The notes beneath the pieces were generated by a model, which did not search any database, had not been told where the DNA came from, and saw nothing but the letters and a program-made list of their open reading frames with translations. From IMG/VR virus record IMGVR_UViG_3300008952_000004, positions 64,001-128,000 of that record: a stretch of 64,000 nucleotides of DNA. The stretch is one strand, 5' to 3'. The stretch comes from a virus. Shown here in pieces: positions 29,490 to 39,986 of the stretch (the first letter of the stretch is position 1; each line of letters begins with the position of its first letter). The position numbers and the translations under genes are program-made.

Positions 29490-29897
29490 ATGGCAACAGG
29501 AAGATCAACATGGCAAAGCTATGGACGCACACGGTGTCCCAAAAATATAGCAGGGGCACACGGCACCGCAGTTACGGTTCTTGCCCACGACGCCGTTCCA
29601 TCAGGTATAACAGCGACCAATGGCTCTGGAGGTTATTCGACTGAAAATCAAAGATATTTACACGTGACGGTTGATAACGCTGGAACAGATGATCCCGGTG
29701 AGGATATTGAGGTCTGGGCGTATTCACATTTTTCTGGCGTGTGGTCAATTTTTACTACTATTAATTGCGATGCCATAACTCAAAATACAACATATGTAAT
29801 TGAGATTTACGGCGCCGACCGCGTTGCTTTTGTTACAGGCGGATCCGGCGCATTTGATCACGCTCCTGCCGTTTACGCAGCTTGCAGCACATTTTAG
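29490..29897 (+). CDS. Hypothetical beta-rich protein, probably virion-associated
   Basis: GAGGAG SD; late motif upstream. Confidence 0.55.
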   Translation: MATGRSTWQSYGRTRCPKNIAGAHGTAVTVLAHDAVPSGITATNGSGGYSTENQRYLHVTVDNAGTDDPGEDIEVWAYSHFSGVWSIFTTINCDAITQNTTYVIEIYGADRVAFVTGGSGAFDHAPAVYAACSTF

Positions 29898-29907
29898 GAG
29901 GTAGTTT

Positions 29908-30636
29908 ATGGGAGGCTTCGCTAAATTTAGTAAGAATTTTGGTCGTGGATCCGTCGGAGGCGGCGCCGTAACCCTTCAGGACCTTACTGATGTGGGCTGG
30001 ACTCTTCCGACGGAGGCAGAAAACCGCGAAGTGTTAACCTATAACGGCAGCAAATGGACACCCTCAGATACCCCTCCTTTTTTGGAGGGTGGAGACACAG
30101 GTGGTGGTGATCGCACCATTGGTAACAAGGACTCATATGCTCTAAATCTATCTACCAACAACTCCACTCGAATGCAAATCAAAAATGATGGTTATATCGG
30201 TATCGGTTCGACTGGGGCAGACGTCACGCACAAACTTACACTTCCAAATGATTCGAATGGAAATAACGGTAAAGCAAAAGCCTTTGCTTGGGCAACTTAT
30301 TCATCTAGACGATATAAGGAAAATATTGAGCCTATTAAAAATCCGCTTGGGATCATCAATAATATTGAAGGGGTGACATATAACTGGAAAGATTCTGGAT
30401 ATAGCGATATTGGATTTGTTGCAGAAGAAGTTGGTAAAGTTGTACCTTGTGTGGTTGACTATGAAGAGAACGGCACAGACGCTATAGCGATGGATTATAC
30501 ACGCCTTAATGCAATACTGGTTGAAGCCGTGAAAGCACAAGACCAAAAAATAAAAAAATTAATTAATTTAATCGATTCAGTCCATGAAATCCAGCGCAGC
30601 AAAATAAACTCAATCTGTACTATTCTGAAGCCATAA
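29908..30636 (+). CDS. Short fibre-like protein with C-terminal intramolecular chaperone (peptidase S74)
   Basis: YSSRRYKENIEPI...GVTYNWK...GFVAEEV...DYTRLNAILVEAVK followed by a coiled coil. Confidence 0.8.
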   Translation: MGGFAKFSKNFGRGSVGGGAVTLQDLTDVGWTLPTEAENREVLTYNGSKWTPSDTPPFLEGGDTGGGDRTIGNKDSYALNLSTNNSTRMQIKNDGYIGIGSTGADVTHKLTLPNDSNGNNGKAKAFAWATYSSRRYKENIEPIKNPLGIINNIEGVTYNWKDSGYSDIGFVAEEVGKVVPCVVDYEENGTDAIAMDYTRLNAILVEAVKAQDQKIKKLINLIDSVHEIQRSKINSICTILKP

Positions 30637-30642
30637 AATTCG

Positions 30643-30651
30643 ACTAATTAG
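30643..30651 (+). promoter_or_regulatory. Putative late promoter motif variant ACTAATTAG
   Basis: Intergenic; part of the palindrome ACTAATTAGT; 74 nt before ATG 30717. Confidence 0.45.
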
Positions 30652-30716
30652 TAGGAACATTTGCAAAGGGCACTGGACCCAGCGCATTTGTTTTTTATTT
30701 TGGGAGGAATAAATTT

Positions 30717-33686
30717 ATGGCTACAGAATATGGAAGATATTCAATCGGGGTTGAAACAAATCACAGTGATACAAACACTGACCCCAGCGGGGCGTCCGGA
30801 GAGGCGTCCATTTTTGTCTCAGGCTCAGGCACTGCGGCAAAATTTTATCAGGTTAACGGTAATGGAGACAAGGGTACGGTTTTGACAACCGACATCGTTT
30901 CCGGTGACGCAACCATGAGTGCCGCAGGCGCACTCACAATTGCAGCAGGCGCTGTTGAAAACAGTATGCTTGCAGATGATGCTGTTGACAGCGACGAAAT
31001 CGCCGCAGGGGCAATTGACACTGCACACATTGCAGATAATCAAGTAACTCTTGCTAAGATGGCGGGATTGGCTCGCGGTAAGCTTATTTACGGTGATGCT
31101 TCTGGTGACCCTGCGGCTCTTGCTGCTGGCGGAAACGGGAAGCTTCTCGTTGCTGACGCAAACGGCGACCTTTCGTGGACTACTTTGAGTGGCGATGCCA
31201 CTTTAAGCGCAGGCGCTCTTACAATTGCTGCTACATCGGTTGAAGGCTCTATGCTTAACAACAACGTGGTTAGTGGATTGACAGACATTGGCGCTGATTT
31301 CGCAACAACTGACGAGATCCTCGTTAGTGACAATGGTACGATTCGTCGTGCCGATCTTTCGCGATTTTCGCCACTGTTGGCTGGCACTGTCACAACGAGT
31401 GGTCTTGCAGACAACTCTGGAGTACTTCAAGTTGACATTAATAATTTGACTGCCGAGACAGCCGTAACAGATGCAGATCTTGTTATGGTTTATGACGCAA
31501 CGGCTAGCGCCCTTCGCAAGATGACTCGCGCAAACTTTATTGAGAGTGTTGCTCTCGATTCCATCAATATTGACGGTGGAGCAATTGACGGCACTCCAAT
31601 CGGTGCAAACTCTGCTGCGGCAGGTACATTTGCTGCACTTAAATGGTCTTCGCTTAGTGGTTCCGGTAATGCTGAAGTTGTAGGTACAATCGCTTCGACT
31701 GGTGCAATTGCATCTAGTGGCTCGATCACCGCTGGTTCAAGCTTTATTATTGGTTCTGCTGACATGAACGAGGCTGACTTGGAGAAGCTTGATGGTATTA
31801 CCAACGGTACTGCCGCTGCAAGCAAAGCAGTTGTTCTTGATGCTAGCAAAAATATTGCAACCCTCGGTACCGTTGGTTGTGGTGCTATCACCTCAACTGG
31901 CGCTTCGTCCATGGGTTCGTTGAACATTGGCGGCACGCTAGCGTGTGACACGAGCTTCACTATTGATGCCGTGGTTTTAAACGCTACCGAGCTTGGATAC
32001 CTTGACTCAACTACCGCTGGTACTTCTGCTGCATCCAAGGCGATGGTAACAGATGCTAGTGGTGACATCCTTATGCCAGACAGCGACAAGTTTGAGCTTG
32101 GCGCTAGCAGTGATATGCAGTTATATCACGACGGTACCAACTCTTTTATTGCTAACAAGACTGGTGCATTAAAGATTGCCACAGAAACTTCTGGTATCGC
32201 TGTAACGATCGGTCACAGCACTTCTGAGGTGACTGTTGCTGACAACCTGACTGTTTCTGGTAACTTGACTGTTACTGGTACAACGATCACGGACTCGGTA
32301 GAAGTTATTTCTACATCGAGCGGTGTTCTGTTCGAGGGTGGCACTGACGACGGTCACGAGGGTACTTTGATTTCTGCTGTTGCAGGAGCCGATGTAACTT
32401 ACACGTTGCCGAACTTGACTGGTCACATTCCTTTGTTGGCTGGCGCAGCCTCAAATGCCAATGTAACTGCTGCTGAATTCCATCTTCTTGATGGTGGCTC
32501 AACCGTTGATAACAGTGTTACTGTTGCCGACGGCGACGGCGTACTCTTCAATGACGGTGGTACGATGAAGCAGGTCGACGTGCGTGCACTTGCAGGCTAC
32601 TTTGATGACGAAATCACTGCAATGCCCAACTTGGTAACAGTTGGAACTATTGGTAGCGGTGTGTGGAACGCAGGCGCGGTTACTTCCTCTGGAAGAATCG
32701 TATCTGACGACGCAACCGAGGCTACCTCAACAACTGACGGTTCTTTACAGACCGATGGTGGTTTGAGTGTTGCTAAGAGCGCGGTCATCGGTGATGACTT
32801 GGATCTCTTGTCTGACGGCGCAATCTTGAATTTCGGCGCAGATAAAGAAGTTACACTGACTCACGTTCATAACGAGGGGCTCCTCTTAGCAGGTGGTAAC
32901 CATGAACTTCAGTTCAGAGATTCCGATCTATACATTAGTGGTGAAAACGATGGTGTTTTGGAATTAGCTGCTGATACAAGCATTATGTTTGATACCGATA
33001 ACGTTCTCTTCACGAGTTCGACAAGTGATGCTCCAACGGTTGCAATCAAAAACACCAATGCTGATGCCAATCCCGGCACCTTGCTTTTCCAACACGACAG
33101 TGCTTCGCCTGCCGATGATGATGAGCTTGGCGAGGTTGTTTTCAATGGTGATGACGACGGTGGTAACGACACCATGTTCGCCAAGATTGTTGGTGTGTCC
33201 ACGGACGTATCCAATGGTTCCGAAGATGGAATGCTTGAGTTTAAATATCAGGGTGCCGGTGCCGTCAAAGAATGGCAGCTTGGTGGTGGAGCAGGACTTG
33301 TTGGTCCTAACGACAGCACCTACGGTACTGTTAAGGCTCACTCCTTCGTTACCTACTCCGATGAGAGCTTGAAGACCAACTTCAAAGCCCTTGACAATCC
33401 TCTTGAGATGGTCAAGAAGCTGAATGGTCTTAACTACACTTGGAAGTCTGATGGCTCCAAGGATATTGGTTTCATCGCTCAGGAAGTTGAGAAGGTTGTA
33501 CCCGAGGTTGTTTACAGTAACGGTGGCGAAGCCGGTAGTTATGGTATGGATTACTCCAGCTTGACTGCTCTTCTTACCGAGGCTATCAAACAACAAGACA
33601 GCGAAATTACTGCTCTTAAAGCCACTCTTTCTAAGGTTCTTTCTTCTCAGGAAGAGCTTCTCAAGAAACTTGGCGTTAAGTCCTAA
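30717..33686 (+). CDS. Long fibre/spike protein with C-terminal S74 chaperone
   Basis: Ala/Gly/Thr/Ser-rich repeats (SGDATxSAxGALTIAA twice); YSDESLKTNF...YTWK...GFIAQEVEKVVPEVV...DYSSL. Confidence 0.85.
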   Translation: MATEYGRYSIGVETNHSDTNTDPSGASGEASIFVSGSGTAAKFYQVNGNGDKGTVLTTDIVSGDATMSAAGALTIAAGAVENSMLADDAVDSDEIAAGAIDTAHIADNQVTLAKMAGLARGKLIYGDASGDPAALAAGGNGKLLVADANGDLSWTTLSGDATLSAGALTIAATSVEGSMLNNNVVSGLTDIGADFATTDEILVSDNGTIRRADLSRFSPLLAGTVTTSGLADNSGVLQVDINNLTAETAVTDADLVMVYDATASALRKMTRANFIESVALDSINIDGGAIDGTPIGANSAAAGTFAALKWSSLSGSGNAEVVGTIASTGAIASSGSITAGSSFIIGSADMNEADLEKLDGITNGTAAASKAVVLDASKNIATLGTVGCGAITSTGASSMGSLNIGGTLACDTSFTIDAVVLNATELGYLDSTTAGTSAASKAMVTDASGDILMPDSDKFELGASSDMQLYHDGTNSFIANKTGALKIATETSGIAVTIGHSTSEVTVADNLTVSGNLTVTGTTITDSVEVISTSSGVLFEGGTDDGHEGTLISAVAGADVTYTLPNLTGHIPLLAGAASNANVTAAEFHLLDGGSTVDNSVTVADGDGVLFNDGGTMKQVDVRALAGYFDDEITAMPNLVTVGTIGSGVWNAGAVTSSGRIVSDDATEATSTTDGSLQTDGGLSVAKSAVIGDDLDLLSDGAILNFGADKEVTLTHVHNEGLLLAGGNHELQFRDSDLYISGENDGVLELAADTSIMFDTDNVLFTSSTSDAPTVAIKNTNADANPGTLLFQHDSASPADDDELGEVVFNGDDDGGNDTMFAKIVGVSTDVSNGSEDGMLEFKYQGAGAVKEWQLGGGAGLVGPNDSTYGTVKAHSFVTYSDESLKTNFKALDNPLEMVKKLNGLNYTWKSDGSKDIGFIAQEVEKVVPEVVYSNGGEAGSYGMDYSSLTALLTEAIKQQDSEITALKATLSKVLSSQEELLKKLGVKS

Positions 33687-33715
33687 GTTTAATTTTAAAA
33701 GTTATTAAAACTTTT

Positions 33716-33748
33716 GCCCGCTCAGTCTTCGGATTGGGCGGGCTTTTT
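33716..33748 (+). terminator. Rho-independent terminator with C(UUCG)G tetraloop
   Basis: GCCCGCTCAGTC-TTCG-GATTGGGCGGGC followed by TTTTT. Confidence 0.9.
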
Positions 33749-33769
33749 ATTTCTTTTTATGTGAAAATA

Positions 33770-33778
33770 TCTATTTAT
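33770..33778 (+). promoter_or_regulatory. Putative late promoter motif variant TCTATTTAT
   Basis: Directly after the terminator, 38 nt before ATG 33808. Confidence 0.55.
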
Positions 33779-33807
33779 ATAGTGTAAAATGTCTAAGAGG
33801 TGAAAAT

Positions 33808-34311
33808 ATGGCAATTGGCGACACAAGCCCAACAACTTATAGAACAGTATCGGGACTCGGACACGCTCCGGCATATCAAGTTTCCGGTCGACCATGGATG
33901 ACTGGATCACAGATAGAACCATCGGGAACTATTACTATAACTTTTCCGAGTGTTACAAAGAATTTTACTATTGTAAATACGAGGCACCATAGAGGTGTAT
34001 CAAATAATGATACTCATACCGGATCGTTAGCGATTTATTTTGGTCCGACCCCAGGTTCCGATTGGGACGGCTCGAATATAAAACAGATTTATCACAACCA
34101 TTACGTTATGCTAGATGGTCCAGATGATGCTTACACATTTGAAACAAAAGCTGATAAGGTTCATATCACTTGTTTGGGATATGGAAATTATTCTGCTGGA
34201 CTTCCGCAACACTTATCTGGCGTTTCTGGCTCCTTTCGCATCTTGGCAGAACTGACCGGAATCCCTACCGACAGTATGTATCCACTTACTGGTTCAGGAA
34301 TTGACGAATAA
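33808..34311 (+). CDS. Hypothetical virion protein (possible head decoration)
   Basis: GAGGTG SD, own terminator/promoter boundary, just before scaffold and capsid genes. Confidence 0.5.
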   Translation: MAIGDTSPTTYRTVSGLGHAPAYQVSGRPWMTGSQIEPSGTITITFPSVTKNFTIVNTRHHRGVSNNDTHTGSLAIYFGPTPGSDWDGSNIKQIYHNHYVMLDGPDDAYTFETKADKVHITCLGYGNYSAGLPQHLSGVSGSFRILAELTGIPTDSMYPLTGSGIDE

Positions 34312-34333
34312 AGGGTTTTTTGTGATAAAACAT

Positions 34334-34342
34334 ACTATTTAT
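34334..34342 (+). promoter_or_regulatory. Putative late promoter motif ACTATTTAT
   Basis: Intergenic, 48 nt before the scaffold ATG. Confidence 0.6.
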
Positions 34343-34381
34343 TTGTGATAAAAAGTAACTTTTATTTTTAGGAGTAATCAA

Positions 34382-35362
34382 ATGTCGAAAATGTTACAAG
34401 AGGCTATTGTTGATGCAGAGGCACTTCGCGAGGCATCCTTGCGAAACGCAGAACAGGCAGTCATAGAAAAGTATGAGTCCGAAATTAAAGCAGCAGTTAC
34501 CGCATTGCTGGAAGCCCCGGAAGATCTTGCCTTGGATGCAGACCCAATGGGCTTGGGAGATGAAGCTCCCGAAGGTGTGGAGACTCTTTCACAACAATTG
34601 CCAGATGCAGCAACTGACGGTGAAAATCTTTGCCCTTGCCCCGAAGAAGAAGAAGCAGTTGAATTAGACTTGGACGCACTTGTTGCCGCCGCTTCCGCCG
34701 AAGAGGAGCCTCCTGCGGGTCTTCCCGGCGATTTAGCTTTGGAAGAGGAGAAAGTGGATTTGAGCGAGGACCTTCTTTCTAAGCTTGTAGCTGATTTATC
34801 TGAAGAGCTAACTGTTGATGTTTCCCCTAAATCTGATGGTTGGGCAGGTGCCACAGCCGGTCAGGTGGAAGAGGCTGAAGAACAAGCAGTAGCAGAAGAA
34901 CAAGATACAGAGATTTCCGAGGAAAACGAGGAACTCAGAAAGAACATCAAAGACCTTGAAGAAAAGTTGGCAAGATCCAGCAAAAGATTCAAGGTTCTTA
35001 AAGAAGAAAAGAACAAAATTAAAAATATCACTCTGAAAATGCGTAATCATGTTGATAGCGTAAACCTTCAGAATGCCAAACTACTCTACACTAATCGTGT
35101 TTTGTCTAGCGCCTCCCTGAATGAGCGGCAAAAAATTAAAATTGCTGAAGCTATTTCAATTGCGAAATCCGTAGATGAAGCGAAGACCATCTTTGAGACT
35201 CTTCAAAACGCAGTGGGGACTTCTTCTAAAAAGAATCCTAAATCACTGAGTGAAGTAGTGGAACGACGGACTTCAACTCTGCCTCGGGCGACCAAGGTAG
35301 AAAAAGCATCCGATCCGGCAGCGGAGAGGATGAGAATTCTAGCAGGAATTTCTAAGAAATAA
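34382..35362 (+). CDS. Prohead scaffolding protein (gp22-like)
   Basis: Very acidic N-half plus coiled coil, directly upstream of the major capsid gene; ends RMRILAGI. Confidence 0.7.
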   Translation: MSKMLQEAIVDAEALREASLRNAEQAVIEKYESEIKAAVTALLEAPEDLALDADPMGLGDEAPEGVETLSQQLPDAATDGENLCPCPEEEEAVELDLDALVAAASAEEEPPAGLPGDLALEEEKVDLSEDLLSKLVADLSEELTVDVSPKSDGWAGATAGQVEEAEEQAVAEEQDTEISEENEELRKNIKDLEEKLARSSKRFKVLKEEKNKIKNITLKMRNHVDSVNLQNAKLLYTNRVLSSASLNERQKIKIAEAISIAKSVDEAKTIFETLQNAVGTSSKKNPKSLSEVVERRTSTLPRATKVEKASDPAAERMRILAGISKK

Positions 35363-35388
35363 AACAATTAATAAGGGAGGACAATAAA

Positions 35389-37221
35389 ATGTCTGTTTTA
35401 GAAAAACTCACAGAAGGTATTGTTAACCGTTCCCTCGCCAAAGATGGTCAGGCACTTCTCAATAAATGGGAAAATACTGGTCTTTTGGAGGGGTTAGGTA
35501 ACGACACTACCAAGAATAGTATGGCTTGTCTCCTAGAGAATCAAGCCAAGGAGCTTCTCCGAGAAGCTTCAGCCATGTCACAGGGTGACGTGGAAGGGTT
35601 CGCAGCAGTTGCGTTCCCAATCGTCCGTCGCGTATTCGGTGGACTTATTGCTAACGACCTCGTTAGCGTTCAGCCTATGAGCTTACCCTCTGGTCTGATC
35701 TTTTTCCTTGACTTCCAACACACTGATAGCCGGTTGCAGTTCTCTGCTGGGGACTCTATCTATGGTGGTGGAAAGGTAGCCAAGGGTATTGTCGATGGTG
35801 TTAGCACCACTGGCGGGTTCTATGATCTGTCTAACGGCTATGCTTCTCCGACTGGTTCTGTGCTGCTGGCCATCGCTGGTGGTGGTTCTGGTGACCCCGA
35901 CCCGGCAGATATGGCTGACAACGAGATCAATGATGGTGCGACTGCGGCGAACGCTTGCTTCACACAGGCGACTGGTCACACCATTGCTGCCCTCAACAAC
36001 GCTCAGAAGAAAGCGATTCGCTGGGATCCTGACGTGCTCGGCGATTCGGACACTACGAAGGAGGTTACCTCTGTAATTGTTAAGCTTGGAACGTCTGAAA
36101 TGGCAGAGCTAAACGCGGACCAGTTGACTTCTTGCGTGCTTCGCACCACGGCTGAAGGCTCAACCGTATCGGTTAATGGTCTTAGTGGCGATTCGTATTT
36201 GCGTCGACTGACCCATCTCGGTTATTACGACGTCAATGGCGATCTCGTCGCCGGTTCTAAGGATCAGTTCCTTTCGATGTACATTCTTTCGACGGCTGGT
36301 TCACTGGCGCTCTCGGGCGATCAGTTCCTGCACTTCGCTCGTAAGGATGCGTTTGCGGCTGGCGGCGCCACTGGTGCGGTCGTGGGCGCTGACGGTTGGG
36401 GTCTTGAGGGTCGCACCAACTCTCCGGCTTCTGATCTTTCCAGCGCCGATTTGAACACTCGTATCCCTGAGATCGACATCAAGGTAGACAGCATCGCTGT
36501 GACTGCCGTGACGAAGAAGCTCAAGGCTAAGTGGACTCCGGAGTTGGGACAGGATCTCAACGCCTATCACAACCTTGACGCTGAGGTTGAGTTGACTGGT
36601 ATTCTCTCCGAGCAGATTGCTCTTGAGATTGATCAGGAGATTCTCAACGATCTCGTTCAGGGAGCCACGGCTGGCACACTCTATTGGAGTCGCCGCCCCG
36701 GTCAGTTTGTAGATCCTGAGACTGGCGCAAGCATCACAAGTGCAACCGCACCTCCGGACTTCACCGGAACGGTTTCCGAGTGGTATGAGACGCTTGTTGA
36801 GACAATCAACGACGTTTCCGCTCGTATTCACCGCAAGACTCTTCGTGGTGGTGCCAACTTCCTTGTTTGTGGACCCGAGGTCGCAAACATCCTTGAGTTC
36901 ACCAGTGGTTTCCGCGCAAGCATTACCGCTGACGACGACAAAGGGACAGTTGGCGCTGTTAACGCTGGTTCAATCAGCAAGAAGTGGGATGTATGGGTTG
37001 ACCCTTACTTCCCGCGCAATGTGGTCCTTGTTGGACGTAAGGGTGGTAGCTTCCTTGAGAGTGGCTATGTGTATGCTCCTTATGTTCCTCTTCAGGTCAC
37101 ACCAACCATCTTTGGTGACGAAGATTTCCTTCCTCGTAAGGGAGTAATGACTCGTTATGCTAAGAAGATGGTTCGCCCCGACATGTATGGTCTTGTCGTG
37201 GTACGCGATCTGATTGGTTAA
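35389..37221 (+). CDS. Major capsid protein (T4 gp23-like)
   Basis: LLNKW, VQPMSLPSGLIF, KKLKAKWTPELGQDL, LDAEVELTGILSEQIALEIDQEIL, YAPYVPL, GVMTRYAKK. Confidence 0.95.
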   Translation: MSVLEKLTEGIVNRSLAKDGQALLNKWENTGLLEGLGNDTTKNSMACLLENQAKELLREASAMSQGDVEGFAAVAFPIVRRVFGGLIANDLVSVQPMSLPSGLIFFLDFQHTDSRLQFSAGDSIYGGGKVAKGIVDGVSTTGGFYDLSNGYASPTGSVLLAIAGGGSGDPDPADMADNEINDGATAANACFTQATGHTIAALNNAQKKAIRWDPDVLGDSDTTKEVTSVIVKLGTSEMAELNADQLTSCVLRTTAEGSTVSVNGLSGDSYLRRLTHLGYYDVNGDLVAGSKDQFLSMYILSTAGSLALSGDQFLHFARKDAFAAGGATGAVVGADGWGLEGRTNSPASDLSSADLNTRIPEIDIKVDSIAVTAVTKKLKAKWTPELGQDLNAYHNLDAEVELTGILSEQIALEIDQEILNDLVQGATAGTLYWSRRPGQFVDPETGASITSATAPPDFTGTVSEWYETLVETINDVSARIHRKTLRGGANFLVCGPEVANILEFTSGFRASITADDDKGTVGAVNAGSISKKWDVWVDPYFPRNVVLVGRKGGSFLESGYVYAPYVPLQVTPTIFGDEDFLPRKGVMTRYAKKMVRPDMYGLVVVRDLIG

Positions 37222-37248
37222 TAGCCTAAAGATAACGTTTTAGTTATG

Positions 37249-37283
37249 AAGCCCCGTGTTAGTTTTGCTGATGCGGGGCTTTT
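37249..37283 (+). terminator. Rho-independent terminator after the capsid gene
   Basis: GCCCCGTGTTAG/CTGATGCGGGGC stem followed by TTTT. Confidence 0.85.
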
Positions 37284-37296
37284 CTTTTGTCCAAAA

Positions 37297-37305
37297 ACTA
37301 ATTAC
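37297..37305 (+). promoter_or_regulatory. Putative late promoter motif variant ACTAATTAC
   Basis: Directly after the terminator, 28 nt before ATG 37325. Confidence 0.5.
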
Positions 37306-37324
37306 ACGTGGAGGAACTTAGCTT

Positions 37325-38599
37325 ATGGCAACACCCACTTTGACACCTGCTTCTACGGTTAGCGTTTCAAGATTATCTGTGACCGGCAGCACCGATGACG
37401 TCGCTGCGGAGTTACCACTTGGGATCTACGCCGCGTCGGCACCATTTATATCAGGCGCCTCTGATCAGGTCGCTTATGTATATAAAAAGCTAGGAGGCGA
37501 TGTACTCGATATTGAAATCACTAATGGTCAAGTATATTCAGCCTATGAAGAAGCCACATTAGAATATTCTTATCTGGTAAATATACATCAAGCAAAGAAC
37601 ATCCTTGGTAATGTCCTCGGAGGTACAACAGGTTCGTTTGATGAAGACGGTCAATTGACCAATGGTCATGCACTGGAAGGAAAAAATGTAAATTTGCGAC
37701 TCCCACGATTTGATTTCGCATATGCCCGCCGCGTTGCTGAAGGGATTTCTGCTGAAAAAGGCATGGGGGTTGCGACGATATATTCTGCCTCTTTCCCGTT
37801 AGAAGGCGGCGTGCAAGATTATGATTTACAACAGATTATTTATAGTGCCTCGGTGGATGCTGGCAACTCAGATTTTCCTTATTATAATAAGGTTGGGCTT
37901 AATAAGATATCAATTTCAAAAGTATATTTTAAAACGAATTCGGCTCATTGGAGATTTTTTGGATATTACGGTGGACTAAACACTGTTGGAAATTTAGGCA
38001 CATATGGTCAATATGCCGATGACTCGACATTTCAAGTGGTGCCCGCGTGGCAAAATAAAGCTCAAGCAATTGCATATGAGGATGCTCTTTACACACGAAA
38101 TTCTCACTGGTCATATGAATTGAGAAATAATAAGGTTCGAGTTTACCCAATTCCCCCCACTTCTGGAGGATACCCAGAGAAACTATGGATTGAGTTTTCC
38201 CCAACCGGCACGAACACTTGGGAAGAACAAGCCGATCGAAAAGAGGGAGTTGAGGGCATTAACAATATGAACACACTGCCGTTTGAAAATATACCATATG
38301 GAAGTATTAATGCAATTGGTAAGCAGTGGATTCGCCGGTTTGCGCTGGCTTTAAGCAAAGAGATGCTTGGACATGTCAGATCTAAGTTCGCTTCTATTCC
38401 GATTCCCGGCAACGATGTGTCGCTAAACGGCTCAGATTTAATAAGTCAAGCCAAAGAAGAACAAACAGCTTTACGCGACGAATTGAAGACAGTACTTGAT
38501 GAAACAGCTTATGGTGAGTTGATGAAGGGAGACGCGGATATTGTCGACGCTTCGAACAAGGTCCAACAAAATGTACCGACATTGATTTATAGTGGATAA
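37325..38599 (+). CDS. Neck/head-tail adaptor protein (gp13-like)
   Basis: Position after the capsid gene; YVYKKLGGDVLDIEI and WIRRFALALSKEMLGHVRSKF...IPIPG...SLNGSDL patterns. Confidence 0.7.
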   Translation: MATPTLTPASTVSVSRLSVTGSTDDVAAELPLGIYAASAPFISGASDQVAYVYKKLGGDVLDIEITNGQVYSAYEEATLEYSYLVNIHQAKNILGNVLGGTTGSFDEDGQLTNGHALEGKNVNLRLPRFDFAYARRVAEGISAEKGMGVATIYSASFPLEGGVQDYDLQQIIYSASVDAGNSDFPYYNKVGLNKISISKVYFKTNSAHWRFFGYYGGLNTVGNLGTYGQYADDSTFQVVPAWQNKAQAIAYEDALYTRNSHWSYELRNNKVRVYPIPPTSGGYPEKLWIEFSPTGTNTWEEQADRKEGVEGINNMNTLPFENIPYGSINAIGKQWIRRFALALSKEMLGHVRSKFASIPIPGNDVSLNGSDLISQAKEEQTALRDELKTVLDETAYGELMKGDADIVDASNKVQQNVPTLIYSG

Positions 38600-38613
38600 G
38601 GAGGTAATTTAAA

Positions 38614-39102
38614 ATGGCAGACGACAAATGGACACAGCCATCAGCCCCTCCGCCACCCCTGTTTGCAGGAGAAAAAGAGAGGAACTTGGTTAAGCAAGTG
38701 AACGACGAACTTATTGAGCGAGTCATTGGTCAGCAAATTGCTTATTATCCGATAAGCGTCGAGCATACAAATTATCATCCCCTATATGGAGAGGCAATCC
38801 GAAAAACGTTTTTGCCCCCTGTAAGGGTATATGCTTTAGTTGAGTGGGAGGGTAGTGACACCACAACATCCAACTTGGGAATCGACAGGAAGGGTTCTAT
38901 TGTTGTACACTTTCATAAAAAAAGATTGGTTGCCGACCAAAATTTATTCGTCAGAGAGGGCGACTTTGTGGCTTACGGCAGTAAGTTTTATGAAATTGTC
39001 ACGCTTGGCGAACCAAGAGAAATGTTTGGACAACCAGAAAACAAAGTTGAAATAGTTGCTAAATGTATTAGAGCGAGAGAGGGCTTGTTTAATGGCGAAT
39101 AA
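38614..39102 (+). CDS. Head completion/neck protein (gp14-like)
   Basis: Position; GQQIAYYP, PLYGE, REGDFV patterns. Confidence 0.6.
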   Translation: MADDKWTQPSAPPPPLFAGEKERNLVKQVNDELIERVIGQQIAYYPISVEHTNYHPLYGEAIRKTFLPPVRVYALVEWEGSDTTTSNLGIDRKGSIVVHFHKKRLVADQNLFVREGDFVAYGSKFYEIVTLGEPREMFGQPENKVEIVAKCIRAREGLFNGE

Positions 39103-39952
39103 AGATCCAAATACAACAGAAATACCATTTCAACCATCGACCATAGAAACCATTGACTATGCAATAACAAATTGGCTTAAAGACATGAATATTCATGCCA
39201 GTTCTAACAAGGGGTTTAGGTCTATACCAGTTCAATGGGTAACTCCAGAAAGAGCATACTCAGTTAAAAAGAACAAAGACATAAGAGATTCGGGCGGCGC
39301 CCTGATTTTGCCGATTTTATCAATTGAAAGAACGTCGATGGAAAAGAATCTTTCGAAAAAGGGCACTTGGTGGGCAAACATTCCCCCACACGGCGACTAT
39401 AAAGGTGGCTCTATAGTTATTGCACGAAACATAAATCAAAAAAAGACGTCAGAATTCGCTAGCGCAGATGCAAAATATAATAAAAAGCAATTCAACTATC
39501 CACGTAAAAATTCGAAAGTGGTGTATGAGACAATAACAATTCCAATGCCGGTATACGTTGATGTCACTTATAAAATTACTGCTCGTACAGAATATCAGCA
39601 GCAGATGAATGAAGTGATTCAGCCGTTTATAACAAAGTTTGGTAGCATTAATCATTTCACCGTCAAGCATGATGGGCACAAGTTTGAATCTTTTATGCAA
39701 GCAGACTTTGCTCAAGAGAGTAATATAGCGGAGATTGGAGAGGAAGAACAATATTATCAAACAGCGTTTGAAGTAAACGTTTTGGGTTATTTGGTTGGTG
39801 GAGGCACAAATCAGGACAGCCCAAAAATGGTTGTTAGAGAAAATGCAGTAGAAGTAAAAATCAGCAGGGAACGCACTTTACTTGGCGATGAACTTGAGGG
39901 TGCCGGTAGAAATAAAAATAAAGCCGGGATTGACGGGAAGTATCGTTCTTAA
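39092..39952 (+). CDS. Tail completion/sheath terminator protein (gp15-like)
   Basis: Start reassigned to ATG 39092; position before sheath; LPILSIERTS, PMPVYVDVTYKI, QQMNEVIQPF. Confidence 0.6.
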   Translation: MANKDPNTTEIPFQPSTIETIDYAITNWLKDMNIHASSNKGFRSIPVQWVTPERAYSVKKNKDIRDSGGALILPILSIERTSMEKNLSKKGTWWANIPPHGDYKGGSIVIARNINQKKTSEFASADAKYNKKQFNYPRKNSKVVYETITIPMPVYVDVTYKITARTEYQQQMNEVIQPFITKFGSINHFTVKHDGHKFESFMQADFAQESNIAEIGEEEQYYQTAFEVNVLGYLVGGGTNQDSPKMVVRENAVEVKISRERTLLGDELEGAGRNKNKAGIDGKYRS

Positions 39953-39977
39953 AATAAGGTATTTGAGTTTCTATGCA

Positions 39978-39986
39978 ACTATTTAT
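39978..39986 (+). promoter_or_regulatory. Putative late promoter motif ACTATTTAT
   Basis: Intergenic, 43 nt before the sheath ATG. Confidence 0.6.

Noticed and set aside
30661-30700. Possible terminator before the long fibre gene
   Set aside because: A T-run is present but the stem is imperfect with an implausibly small loop.
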